DNA of 64,000 bases from Candidatus Cloacimonadales bacterium (lineage in GTDB: Bacteria; Cloacimonadota; Cloacimonadia; Cloacimonadales; JAIOQZ01): positions 1,440,001 to 1,504,000 of the forward strand of contig OY771587.1 of the NCBI GenBank assembly GCA_963674825.1, in the 5' to 3' direction. A program made the translations under genes and the position numbers. The notes below the pieces were generated by a model that was given only the letters and a program-made list of their open reading frames with translations, was not told the origin of the DNA and did no database searches. Below, in pieces: positions 52,843-62,961 of the stretch; position 1 is the stretch's first letter, and every line of letters begins with the position of its first letter.

Positions 52843-52998
52843 GCTGTCAATGTTTCTAAGCAACTGATGCGCTAAAAGCTATCAATGGTTTTCATACTCG
52901 TCATTCCATTTTCAGTTTTCTCGAATATTAGCATGTAAAAAGAATCATTGACGCAATATCAATCATGCACGTAACCTTGAGCATAAGCTGGAGGTGTC

Positions 52999-55900
52999 AT
53001 GATGAATCACAAACGAATATTCCTGCTCACGATACTCGTGTTCACACTTTCCTTTCTGTTCGCCGATGACTACAGTAGAATGTGGTCTCGCATGGATCGT
53101 TTCAGAAACGATCGTCTGCCGAAATCGGCCAAAGCTGTTGTTGATTCCATCTATATTCAAGCAGTCCGGGAAAACAACATAATTCAGCGTCAGAAAGCGC
53201 TTATTCACAAGCTCATGTTCATCAACCAGCTTGAAGAAAACTCCTTTACGATCGAGCGTGATCTGGTACTGAAAGAGATTGAAACCGCTCCGCCGGATAT
53301 CCAGGCTCTCCTCCATTCAATGCTGGGCGAGATGTACTGGACATACTATCAGCAACGTCAGGATTTCGTGCTTGAACGTACCTCCATTTCAGGTGGAAAC
53401 GCCAGCGATGACATTGAGACCATGGATGCCCAGCAGATTCTCGAAAATTCGATCATGCACTACTCTCAATCGCTGAATCTACCGGAGAAATACCGAAACA
53501 AGTCCTTGAATGAATACAAGCCTCTGGTGTTACCAGACCCAAATAAACGATTGATCAATCCTGTTTTTTACGACTTCCTTGCCATAAGAGCCATCGATCA
53601 ATTCACCAATTCCGAATCCAGTATCGCTCGGCCGCGTGAAGAGTTTATCATCAATGATCACTATCTTATTCCAGCCGAAGAATTTGCAAACATGAATATA
53701 GAAACATCCGATACACTCTCGTTGCATTTTCAAACGCTGAACACCTACCAGAAACTCACTCGGTTCCATCTTCACGATGATGATCCACGTGCACTTCTTC
53801 AAATCGAATCTAAGCGTCTCGATTTCGTTATCAACCAGACATCATCGAGTAATGCCGAGCGGAAATTCATTGAACTGATGCAATTCTACATGCAGCAATA
53901 CAAAGGAGTGGACATATCGAGCTATTTTATGCTGCAACTGGCCACATTCTATTACAATCGGCAATTCGATGAACCGCAAAATCCAGCATACCAGGATTAT
54001 CTCAAAATCGCACATCAATTATGCCAGCAGATTATCGACCAGGTAGATTATAATTACCCGACAGTTTTCGAATGCAGAAGGCTAAAAAATGCGATCGACA
54101 TCCAGTATTTCTATGTAAGCATGGATTCGGAGCTACCAATCAAACAAAGCATACCGATTACCATAACATATCGCAACACAAAACGGTTGACGATCAATCT
54201 CTATGAATGGGATGAGGAGCATGCTGAGAAAAACAAGGCATGGTGGCATATCGATTACAAACATTACCAGGCTATGAAACCATATAAAACGTATGAGATC
54301 GAATTGCCGGAGACTGATGATTTCCTCGAGCATAGTACGATTGGCGAGATCAAACCTCTTTCTTCCGGCGAATATATCATTGAGATCGTGGTAGATCCGA
54401 AAAGAAGAGAACAAAGCCGCATGGAGAGGTTCAAGGTGTCCGACATCGCCCTGCTCGATGGGATGCCACACGACATCAAGACCTTGACATTCGTCGATCG
54501 GAATGACGGCCTCCCACTCAATGGTGCAGAAGTCGAGTTCCATCGTAATCATGATGAAGAGCCATTCAATACGATCACTACAAACGCGAATGGCGAAGTT
54601 TCTATCGATGAATCGTATGGAGGGTTCATCTGTTCCTATAAAAAGGATAAATACATCGCCTTGAATGCTAGCTACCGTAAGCCACAAGAACATTACGACC
54701 TCGAACAGCCCGTAACGAAGGTTTACTATTTCATTGACCGCAAAATTTATCGTCCTGGCCAAACGGTTTACTACAAGGGGATTATCGTTCAGAAAAAATC
54801 GTCGAGCTTTCCGCAACTGCGAGAAAAAAAGACAGTGACGGTCAACCTGATGGATACTCAGGGAAGAACCATCAACTCAACCAAGCAGCTAAGCAACGAG
54901 TTCGGCAGTTTTTCCGGCAGCTTCATCATCCCGGATAATGCTGGTACCGGCACGATGTCACTGGGTAGTAATACCGGGAACGTAAATTTCCAGGTGGAGG
55001 AATACAAACGCCCGAAATTCGAAGTGGAATTCCAGCCCGTGAAAGATGTGTTTCGCCTGGGATCGCCGATTGAGATTAAAGGCAAGGCCGAATCCTTTGC
55101 CGGAACCGGGATCTCAGACGCGGAAGTTACTTACTACGTTAAACGCGTTTCCTATTACCCATGGTTCTCGTATCGCTATATCCCGCCGGTCAATGAAAAG
55201 GTGATTGCATCAGGAAAAACGACGACAGCGCCCGACGGATCGTTCACAATTCCTTTTATACTTGAATCCGAGACCAAACGTCAACACGATCAAATGTCGG
55301 CTTATCAATTTGTTGTCACGGCTGATGTTATCGACATGAATGGAGAGACGAGGAGCGCCGAGACTTCCGTGATGGCTGGTGATCGTTCGTTGATTCTGGA
55401 TGTGGCGATCGGCGAAACGGTGCATCGCGAAGGAGCAAACCAATTCGATCTGATTACCGATAATCTGATGAACCAGCATATTCCTGTTTCAGGAATCATG
55501 ATCTTCTCAAAATTGAAAACACCGAATCGGATCTTCAGGGAGCCGACCTATCCTAACGAAGTCGATCAAGCAATGTTTAACTACGACGAGTTCGTAAAGA
55601 AATTCCCTCATGACCCGTACCTCGATGAAAATGACAGCAGCAAATGGGAAGTTGAGAAGACGATCTACAGCGGTCGCTTCGATTCAGGAGAAAAACGCAG
55701 CATTGCCTTAAAAGGACTCGAGGATTGGCAACCTGGCGTATATCGCGTTGAGCTTATCGCGCTTGATCCATTCGGAGAGGAAGTTCGAGTCGCACACGAT
55801 TTCACAGTATACTCCGAAAAGGGTAAAGAACTCCCACGGTTGCTCCCATTCTGGGTTCAAGCGATCAATACTACGTGTAATCCCGGGGAAAAAGCCAGAT

Positions 55901-58900
55901 TCCTGATCGGCACATCCTATCATGATGCGATGATACAGTATTACATCAAATGCGATGATGATGTGATTGTTCGCAAGGCGCTTCGTCTGGATAACGAACA
56001 GGTACTGGTTGAGCTGCCAGTAGAAGAGTGGCATCGGGGCGGCCTCCAGTTTGGAGCGTTTATGTGCCGGGAAAATCGAAACTACGCCCAAACGATCCAG
56101 ATAACCGTCCCATGGTCCAACATGAAACTCGACATAGAATGGCTGACATTCAGGGACTTTATCGAGCCTGGCTCGAAAGAACGCTTTAGTCTTAGGATTA
56201 AGAACCACAAAGGGAAATCCGCAGACGCGGAATTACTGGTGGCCATGTACGATTCATCCCTCGATCAGTATAACCCCAATAACTGGGCCTGGAATGTATT
56301 CAGTCAATTCCGCGGTAATACGGGACGTTATGTCTCAACCGGTGGTAGGCCGCTTGACCTGTTCTGGTCTGATGGAAGCTCAGGCTGGCATCGTTACCGA
56401 CATCAGGTATCCACACAGGACCGATTGAACTGGTTCGGTTATTACTTGAGGTGGTATACCACTATCGGTATGGTTGCGTACTTTGATAACATTGAGGATA
56501 CAGATACAATATATCCTCGAAATCCTGGTTTGAAATTCAAAATGAATACCATGGATCTCGAACAAGAAGATAAGGCCGAACTTGCTGGAGGTGGAGCATC
56601 TTCTCCGCCACCGGTGCAGATCCGCTCCAATTTCGCGGAGACGGCATTCTTCTACCCTGAACTGCGCACCAACAAAGATGGCGAGATCGAATTCACATTC
56701 ACGGTTCCCGACGCGCTTACTCGCTGGAAGCTGCTCGGACTGGCCCACACGCAGAATCTGATGTCTGGCCTGACAGAGAAGTATATCACCACGCAGAAAA
56801 AGCTAATGGTCACGCCCAACCTGCCACGCTTCCTTCGCGAAGGTGACCAAATCGCATTATCCACCAAGATCGCCAGCATGGTCGATGAAGCGCTGGAAGG
56901 CACGGTGGAATTGCAGCTTTTCAATGCGGAAAATATGCAACGTATCGATGCCGAACTCGGAAACGTGAAGAGCAAACAAGCCTTTTCGATCAAACCGCAA
57001 AGCAATGCCGCTGTCGAATGGGAGATCACCATCCCCAGCGACTTCCAGGCGGTGGTGGTGCGGATTATCGCGCAGTCTGGCAACTACTCTGACGGCGAGG
57101 AACATCTGCTGCCGGTGCTGCCTAATCGCATGCTGGTCACCGAGTCGCTACCCCTTCCGGTGCGTGGCAACCAGACCAAGGATTTCACCTTTGATAAGCT
57201 CACGGAATCGGGAAGCTCCGAGTCGCTGAAGCATCACCAACTCACCCTCGAATTCACCACCAACCCCGTATGGTACGTAGTGCAAACGCTTCCCTACATG
57301 GCGGAATACCCCTATGAATGCGCCGAGCAAATTTTTACCCGATACTACGCCAATGCCCTGGCAGGTTATATCATCCAGCAGAACCCCAAAATCGAGCGCA
57401 TCTTCAAGCAATGGAAAGATTTACCGGACTCTAAGGCACTGCTCTCCAACCTCGAGAAAAACCAGGATCTCAAAGCCCTTCTTCTGGAGGAGACGCCGTG
57501 GGTCAGGCAAGCGAATAACGAGACGGAACGAAAAAAACGGATCGCGCTGCTTTTCGACATGAACCATATGTCCATGAGCCGTGAGAAAGCGCTCGAGAAG
57601 CTCTTTGACATGCAGTTACCGAGCGGTGCCTGGCCGTGGTTCAGCGGTATGAAGGAAAGCCGCTACATCACGCAATACATCGTGGAAGGATTTAGCCACC
57701 TGAAAGCGCTTGGTGTCGAGCCGACGCCGGAAATCAAAGAACATCTCGTTCGTGCTATCCGCTGGATGGACAGTGATCTGACCGAAGACTACGAGCGGTT
57801 GATCGAGAATGATGTCGACCTGAAGACACAGAACATCGGCAACCATCACATCCATTATTTCTATATGCGGAACGTCTTCCAGGATATCCCCATTGACGAT
57901 GAAAACAAGGTCGCCTTTGACTACTACTTCGACCAGTTGAAGACATGGTGGAAAGGCGGGACGCTGCATATCGAGTGCATGCAAGCGCTAGCATTGAATC
58001 GCTACAACGAACCGGAGATCCCTCGGAAAATCGTTGCTTCCTTGCGTGAACGTGCCCAGCACTCGGACGAGATGGGCATGTACTGGAAAGAAAACCGAGG
58101 CGGTTACTTCTGGTTCAACGCGCCTATCGAAACACAATCGCTTCTCATCGAGCTTTTTAACGAAATGGGCACGAAGGAGGAGGTTGACGAGCTGCGCGTT
58201 TGGCTACTCAAGCAGAAACAGGTGCAGGACTGGAAGACCACCAAGGCCACCGCGGAAGCATGTTACGCCATGTTGCTGCGTGGATCGGACTGGCTTTCCG
58301 AGGACAAACCGGTAGCAATCGAGCTAGGAAATCACAAGATTGAGCCAGAATCGATGGAGCCCGGAACCGGCTATATCCGCGAAACGTGGACATCGAAGGA
58401 GATCGAGCCGGCCATGGGCAACGTCCATATCGAGAACCCGAACGATCATCCCGCATGGGGCGCACTCTACTGGCAATATTTTGAAGACCTTGACAAAATC
58501 ACCCAGCACGATACTCCCCTATCCTTGAAGAAGCAGCTCTTCATCGAGCGCAGGGACGACCAGGGCGTGAAGCTACATCCCATCACGGAAGGCGATCCCA
58601 TCCGGGTGGGCGACCGCGTGATTGTCCGCATCGAGCTGCGCGTCGATCGAGAGATGGAGTATGTCCACATGAAGGACATGCGCGCCTCGGGATTCGAGCC
58701 GGAAAACGTGATTTCCAGCACCAAGTGGCAGCAGGGACTCGTTTACTTCGAATCAACGCGTGACGCCGCGACAAACTTCTTCTTTGAGCGTCTTCACAAG
58801 GGGACGTTCGTATTCGAATATCCGCTTCGGGCATTCCAGGCAGGAATTTTCTCCAACGGAATCACCACGATCCAGTGCATGTATGCACCGGAATTCACCT

Positions 58901-58944
58901 CTCATTCAGAGGGAATACGCATCAAAATCAACAGGAAAGACTAA
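52999..58944 (+). CDS. Bacterial alpha-2-macroglobulin family protein
   Basis: Signal peptide; DRKIYRPGQ, VEEYKRPKFEV, IRSNFAETAFF, thioester YPYECAEQ, MYAPE. Confidence 0.95.
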   Translation: MMNHKRIFLLTILVFTLSFLFADDYSRMWSRMDRFRNDRLPKSAKAVVDSIYIQAVRENNIIQRQKALIHKLMFINQLEENSFTIERDLVLKEIETAPPDIQALLHSMLGEMYWTYYQQRQDFVLERTSISGGNASDDIETMDAQQILENSIMHYSQSLNLPEKYRNKSLNEYKPLVLPDPNKRLINPVFYDFLAIRAIDQFTNSESSIARPREEFIINDHYLIPAEEFANMNIETSDTLSLHFQTLNTYQKLTRFHLHDDDPRALLQIESKRLDFVINQTSSSNAERKFIELMQFYMQQYKGVDISSYFMLQLATFYYNRQFDEPQNPAYQDYLKIAHQLCQQIIDQVDYNYPTVFECRRLKNAIDIQYFYVSMDSELPIKQSIPITITYRNTKRLTINLYEWDEEHAEKNKAWWHIDYKHYQAMKPYKTYEIELPETDDFLEHSTIGEIKPLSSGEYIIEIVVDPKRREQSRMERFKVSDIALLDGMPHDIKTLTFVDRNDGLPLNGAEVEFHRNHDEEPFNTITTNANGEVSIDESYGGFICSYKKDKYIALNASYRKPQEHYDLEQPVTKVYYFIDRKIYRPGQTVYYKGIIVQKKSSSFPQLREKKTVTVNLMDTQGRTINSTKQLSNEFGSFSGSFIIPDNAGTGTMSLGSNTGNVNFQVEEYKRPKFEVEFQPVKDVFRLGSPIEIKGKAESFAGTGISDAEVTYYVKRVSYYPWFSYRYIPPVNEKVIASGKTTTAPDGSFTIPFILESETKRQHDQMSAYQFVVTADVIDMNGETRSAETSVMAGDRSLILDVAIGETVHREGANQFDLITDNLMNQHIPVSGIMIFSKLKTPNRIFREPTYPNEVDQAMFNYDEFVKKFPHDPYLDENDSSKWEVEKTIYSGRFDSGEKRSIALKGLEDWQPGVYRVELIALDPFGEEVRVAHDFTVYSEKGKELPRLLPFWVQAINTTCNPGEKARFLIGTSYHDAMIQYYIKCDDDVIVRKALRLDNEQVLVELPVEEWHRGGLQFGAFMCRENRNYAQTIQITVPWSNMKLDIEWLTFRDFIEPGSKERFSLRIKNHKGKSADAELLVAMYDSSLDQYNPNNWAWNVFSQFRGNTGRYVSTGGRPLDLFWSDGSSGWHRYRHQVSTQDRLNWFGYYLRWYTTIGMVAYFDNIEDTDTIYPRNPGLKFKMNTMDLEQEDKAELAGGGASSPPPVQIRSNFAETAFFYPELRTNKDGEIEFTFTVPDALTRWKLLGLAHTQNLMSGLTEKYITTQKKLMVTPNLPRFLREGDQIALSTKIASMVDEALEGTVELQLFNAENMQRIDAELGNVKSKQAFSIKPQSNAAVEWEITIPSDFQAVVVRIIAQSGNYSDGEEHLLPVLPNRMLVTESLPLPVRGNQTKDFTFDKLTESGSSESLKHHQLTLEFTTNPVWYVVQTLPYMAEYPYECAEQIFTRYYANALAGYIIQQNPKIERIFKQWKDLPDSKALLSNLEKNQDLKALLLEETPWVRQANNETERKKRIALLFDMNHMSMSREKALEKLFDMQLPSGAWPWFSGMKESRYITQYIVEGFSHLKALGVEPTPEIKEHLVRAIRWMDSDLTEDYERLIENDVDLKTQNIGNHHIHYFYMRNVFQDIPIDDENKVAFDYYFDQLKTWWKGGTLHIECMQALALNRYNEPEIPRKIVASLRERAQHSDEMGMYWKENRGGYFWFNAPIETQSLLIELFNEMGTKEEVDELRVWLLKQKQVQDWKTTKATAEACYAMLLRGSDWLSEDKPVAIELGNHKIEPESMEPGTGYIRETWTSKEIEPAMGNVHIENPNDHPAWGALYWQYFEDLDKITQHDTPLSLKKQLFIERRDDQGVKLHPITEGDPIRVGDRVIVRIELRVDREMEYVHMKDMRASGFEPENVISSTKWQQGLVYFESTRDAATNFFFERLHKGTFVFEYPLRAFQAGIFSNGITTIQCMYAPEFTSHSEGIRIKINRKD

Positions 58945-58947
58945 CGC

Positions 58948-61797
58948 ATGATGAAAAGACTTTGGCTCCTGTGCCTCTGGGCATTTCTCGCAATCGCACT
59001 ACAAGCGCAGATCTACGATTACTCGAACACAGTCAGTCCACCGTCGGTGGAATGGAAACAGATCCGAACCGCGCACTTTCATTTGATCTTCCCGGCGGAG
59101 ATCGAGAAGGATGCACGGAAAGTGGCCAACCGGCTGGAGTTCATCTATCAGCCCATCAACAAGACCATGAACGCAAAGATGAAGCCCTGGACGCTCGTGC
59201 TCGGCAATCGCACGACGATCAGCAACGGCTATGTCGCAATGGCGCCACGGATGTCTGAGTTCTATCCCACGCCGCCGCAGGAAGGTCTGACCGGTGGAAT
59301 GGGCTGGTATGACATGCTGACCGCACACGAAACCCGCCACATGGTGCAATACGACAAGCTCAACACCGGCATGACGAAAGTGTTCAGCTATATCATGGGT
59401 GAATACGGCATCGCGCTCTGCGCGATTATCTCCACACCACTTTGGCTATTCGAAGGTGACGCCGTCACCACCGAAACCGCGCTGACCCAGTGGGGGCGCG
59501 GACGCATGCCCAGTTTCGACGTGGAAGAGCGCGCCATCCTGCTTTCCGGCAAAAGGCCCAGCTATTACCAGGCATACTTGCGTTCATATAAGGATTACTA
59601 TCCCAATCACTACCTGCTGGGTTACCTGATGGTTGCCCAGGTACGGCAAAATCACCCGGCGGAGACCTGGGCGAATGTCCTCTACCGGACGTCACGCTTC
59701 TCCATCTGGCCCTATCGATTCTCCACCGCGCTGCATCAGGAGACCGGGCTTTATGTGGAAGAACTCTACGACGAGACCTGCGAAGACCTGACGAAGCTAT
59801 GGCGTGCGCAGATCAAGGGACTGAAATTCACCGACGCGAAGGCGATTTCACCCGCGAACATCGAAGGCTGGATGCAATACACCTCGCCGCAATATAATGA
59901 TGAAGGCAACGTCATCACCATGCGTACCGGCCTGGGGCAATCGCCCGAACTGGTACGGATAAACACCGATCAAAGCATCACGCATCTTACCTACGTGCAG
60001 TCGGCGGAAGCGTTCTCCACCAATGGAGAAATCGCTGTATGGAGTCGCATCACGCCGGATATCCGGTGGGGTAACCAATCCTTTTCCGATATCGTGACCT
60101 ACGACCTCGATCGTGGCTCCAAGCAGCAGATCACCCATCGCGGAAAATATTTCGCGCCGGCTATCTCACCGGACGGCAGCATGATCGCAGCGGTGCGTTA
60201 CGACCAAACACGCACCTGTAACCTTGTGATTCTCGATGCAAAAAACGGCGATGAAATCCGCGAGATCCCCAATCCCGACAACGATTTTCTGAAGACACCG
60301 TGCTGGTCGGGAAACGACCGGATCGTCTACCTGCGTTCGCATAACAACGAGCTTTGCCTGGAAATCCTGCACATCGAGACCGGTAACAGCCGCCAATTGA
60401 TACCATACGGCGTTGAAGACATCGTCGCGCCATACGCTCGGGGAAACTACGTCTACTACAGCTCGCCCTACAGCGGTATCGACAACATCTACGCGATCGA
60501 TATCGAATCCGGCGCACGTTTTCAGGTTGTATCCAGGCGCTTCGGCGCATATCAACCGTCCGTCTCACAGGATGAATTAAAGCTGCTCTTCAGCGACTAC
60601 CGAGATGAGAATGGTTACCGCGTCTATGAAGTGGAAATCGACCGAAGAAAGTGGCGTAGACTGGAGGATGTGGATATCCGCACCCTGCATTTCAACGAAC
60701 CGCTGGTGAATCAGGAGCAGGGGGAAGCCCTTCCGGGATCGGACGATATTCCGCAGGAAGATTTCGACGTAGAGCCCTATTCACCGATTCTACACGCAAT
60801 CAACTTCCATAGCTGGATGCTCTTCTCAACCGACACCGAAATCGGGCTGGATTTCCTATCCGACGATGTACTGGGTACGACCCAAATGCAGTTCGGAGTT
60901 TATTACAACCTCAACGAGGACGTTCCCGGATTCCGGTCCGGTATCACGTATAAACAGCTTCCCGTGGTGTTCGGACTCGAGCTCGATACCGGCGGAAGAA
61001 CCACTGTTTACGACGATAGCACCAGCACCGACGACGATGAATTCGAAGACAACTGGACCGAGTTTTCCACAACCGCCCGGGTAAATCTTCCGCTCAATTT
61101 CTCGCGCGGAGCCTGGTGGACACAGCTCGATGTCGGCTCCGAAATCAGTTACGTCTACGCTGACGAACGCGACTACATCGAGCCCTACGAGATGGGCAAT
61201 GGCGTGCTGGTTCCTGTGCGCTACTATGGCGAAATCTACCACATGCTGCAACCATCCTCGCGTGATATCGCTCCCCGATGGGGACAAAAGCTGATGGCGT
61301 CATTCACCACGACGCCGTTTACGCAGGAAGATCTCTCCGACTTCAACGGAAAGCTCTTCTCCAGCAGCTACCGGCTCTATGTTCCGGGGCTGTTCAAGCA
61401 TCACAGCCTGAAGCTCACCGCCGAATACGAGAAGATGTACGAAGGCAACTACCGCTTCATGCGCGAAATTCTCTTCCCACGAGGCTACGACGACCACGAT
61501 CACCGCGACCTCTACAAGGGATCCGCATCTTATAATCTGCCTATCGCCTATCCGGATAAAAGCTTGGGACGATGGCTCTACTTCCGCAGTATAACCGGCG
61601 GCGGTTTCTTCGACTACGGCCTTGCCGAGGACGACGAAATCACAACACTCTATCGCTCTGCCGGACTCGAGACAACACTCGAGACCGTCTTTTTCTCCAA
61701 TATAAACCTGCAGATCAATATCGGTCTGCGCGCAGCCTACCGCATCGATGAAAAGGACACGTCCTTCGAAATCTTTCTGGGCGGATTCGACTTCTGA
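58948..61797 (+). CDS. Fusion protein: zinc-peptidase-like domain, TolB-like propeller, C-terminal beta-barrel
   Basis: WKQIRTAHFHLIF; HETRH...WLFEG; GRGR; PAISPDG; PRGY loop; C-terminal F. Confidence 0.8.
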   Translation: MMKRLWLLCLWAFLAIALQAQIYDYSNTVSPPSVEWKQIRTAHFHLIFPAEIEKDARKVANRLEFIYQPINKTMNAKMKPWTLVLGNRTTISNGYVAMAPRMSEFYPTPPQEGLTGGMGWYDMLTAHETRHMVQYDKLNTGMTKVFSYIMGEYGIALCAIISTPLWLFEGDAVTTETALTQWGRGRMPSFDVEERAILLSGKRPSYYQAYLRSYKDYYPNHYLLGYLMVAQVRQNHPAETWANVLYRTSRFSIWPYRFSTALHQETGLYVEELYDETCEDLTKLWRAQIKGLKFTDAKAISPANIEGWMQYTSPQYNDEGNVITMRTGLGQSPELVRINTDQSITHLTYVQSAEAFSTNGEIAVWSRITPDIRWGNQSFSDIVTYDLDRGSKQQITHRGKYFAPAISPDGSMIAAVRYDQTRTCNLVILDAKNGDEIREIPNPDNDFLKTPCWSGNDRIVYLRSHNNELCLEILHIETGNSRQLIPYGVEDIVAPYARGNYVYYSSPYSGIDNIYAIDIESGARFQVVSRRFGAYQPSVSQDELKLLFSDYRDENGYRVYEVEIDRRKWRRLEDVDIRTLHFNEPLVNQEQGEALPGSDDIPQEDFDVEPYSPILHAINFHSWMLFSTDTEIGLDFLSDDVLGTTQMQFGVYYNLNEDVPGFRSGITYKQLPVVFGLELDTGGRTTVYDDSTSTDDDEFEDNWTEFSTTARVNLPLNFSRGAWWTQLDVGSEISYVYADERDYIEPYEMGNGVLVPVRYYGEIYHMLQPSSRDIAPRWGQKLMASFTTTPFTQEDLSDFNGKLFSSSYRLYVPGLFKHHSLKLTAEYEKMYEGNYRFMREILFPRGYDDHDHRDLYKGSASYNLPIAYPDKSLGRWLYFRSITGGGFFDYGLAEDDEITTLYRSAGLETTLETVFFSNINLQINIGLRAAYRIDEKDTSFEIFLGGFDF

Positions 61798-61804
61798 GGT
61801 ACAT

Positions 61805-62212
61805 ATGACAGAATTCTTTGCGACCATCACCAACGACCTTGAAGCGCTGGAAAAGTTCATGAACGATTTCGAGGAGCTCGAGGAACTCACACCGAAAGAG
61901 CAGTTTAACTGCAATCTCGTGTTCGATGAGATGATCACCAACATCATAAAGTACGGTTATCGCGACCAGCATAAGCACGAGATCCATATAGAAGTCCGCA
62001 TGAACAAAGAGCAGATAGCGATCGTGATCAGTGACGACGGGATCGATTTCAATCCGCTCGATATAGCAGAGCCCGATATCGATATCGACCTGGATGAACG
62101 CGAGATCGGCGGACTCGGGATCCATCTGGTACGGCAAATATCCAGCGATGTCTTCCACCGGTTTGAAAACGGGATGAATATCAACGAGATTGTGCTGGAA
62201 CGTGAGGAATAG
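61805..62212 (+). CDS. RsbW/SpoIIAB-like anti-sigma factor ATP-binding protein
   Basis: DEMITNIIKYG, DDGIDFNP, GGLGIHLV. Confidence 0.9.
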   Translation: MTEFFATITNDLEALEKFMNDFEELEELTPKEQFNCNLVFDEMITNIIKYGYRDQHKHEIHIEVRMNKEQIAIVISDDGIDFNPLDIAEPDIDIDLDEREIGGLGIHLVRQISSDVFHRFENGMNINEIVLEREE

Positions 62213-62214
62213 TC

Positions 62215-62895
62215 ATGTGCGGAAGATTCGCCATCTACTCGAGTCTGCAAGACCTCTTTAAATACATCGAATATATCAGCGAGCTGGAACAATACCAGCA
62301 TCGCTACAACGCTGCACCGACCAACCTGCTGCCAGTCTATCGTAAGGATTCCGAAAGCGTAAAACTGGAACTGCTTCAGTGGGGCCTGATTCCCTCATGG
62401 GCAAAGGACGCTACCATCGGGAGCAAGCTTATCAACGCCCGTAGCGAGTCAGCGAACGAAAAACCGAGCTTTCGGGGAGCCTTCAAGTCACGCCACTGCT
62501 TGATTCCAGCCAATGGTTTCTTCGAGTGGCGCAAGCTAGATAGGCAACCGATGTTTATCCATCTGCCGGATCATCCCATCATTAGTTTCGCGGGACTATG
62601 GGAAAGCTGGAAAACCCCTGACGGTAAACCAATTGAGACGTTCACAATTCTCACCACGGATGCCAACGAGATGATGCGCGAGATTCACGACCGGATGCCG
62701 GTGATTCTTACGCCGGGCGAAGAATTGAAATGGCTTGAATCGCAGGGTGATGAGAAGGTGTCACGCGAGCTGTTGAAGCCACTAGACTCCGGATTCATGA
62801 GCAGTTACCCGGTATCGAAGCTGGTCAATTCTCCGCGCAACAATACACCGGATATCCTCACGCAGCAGGAGAGCCAGTTAGCGCTGGAATTTTAG
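62215..62895 (+). CDS. SRAP (SOS response-associated peptidase, YedK/HMCES family) abasic-site protein
   Basis: MCGRF (Cys2), RYNAAP, WGLIP, NARSE, GFFEW, HDRMPVIL. Confidence 0.95.
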   Translation: MCGRFAIYSSLQDLFKYIEYISELEQYQHRYNAAPTNLLPVYRKDSESVKLELLQWGLIPSWAKDATIGSKLINARSESANEKPSFRGAFKSRHCLIPANGFFEWRKLDRQPMFIHLPDHPIISFAGLWESWKTPDGKPIETFTILTTDANEMMREIHDRMPVILTPGEELKWLESQGDEKVSRELLKPLDSGFMSSYPVSKLVNSPRNNTPDILTQQESQLALEF

Positions 62896-62916
62896 CGCAA
62901 ACCCAGCACAAAGAAT

Positions 62917-62947
62917 AAAAAAAATCCCGCCACAAACGCGACGGGAT
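62917..62947 (-). terminator. Intrinsic terminator for the last gene
   Basis: ATCCCGTCGC...GTGGCGGGAT followed by T8 on the minus strand. Confidence 0.75.
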
Positions 62948-62961
62948 CGTTTCGATTTCCC

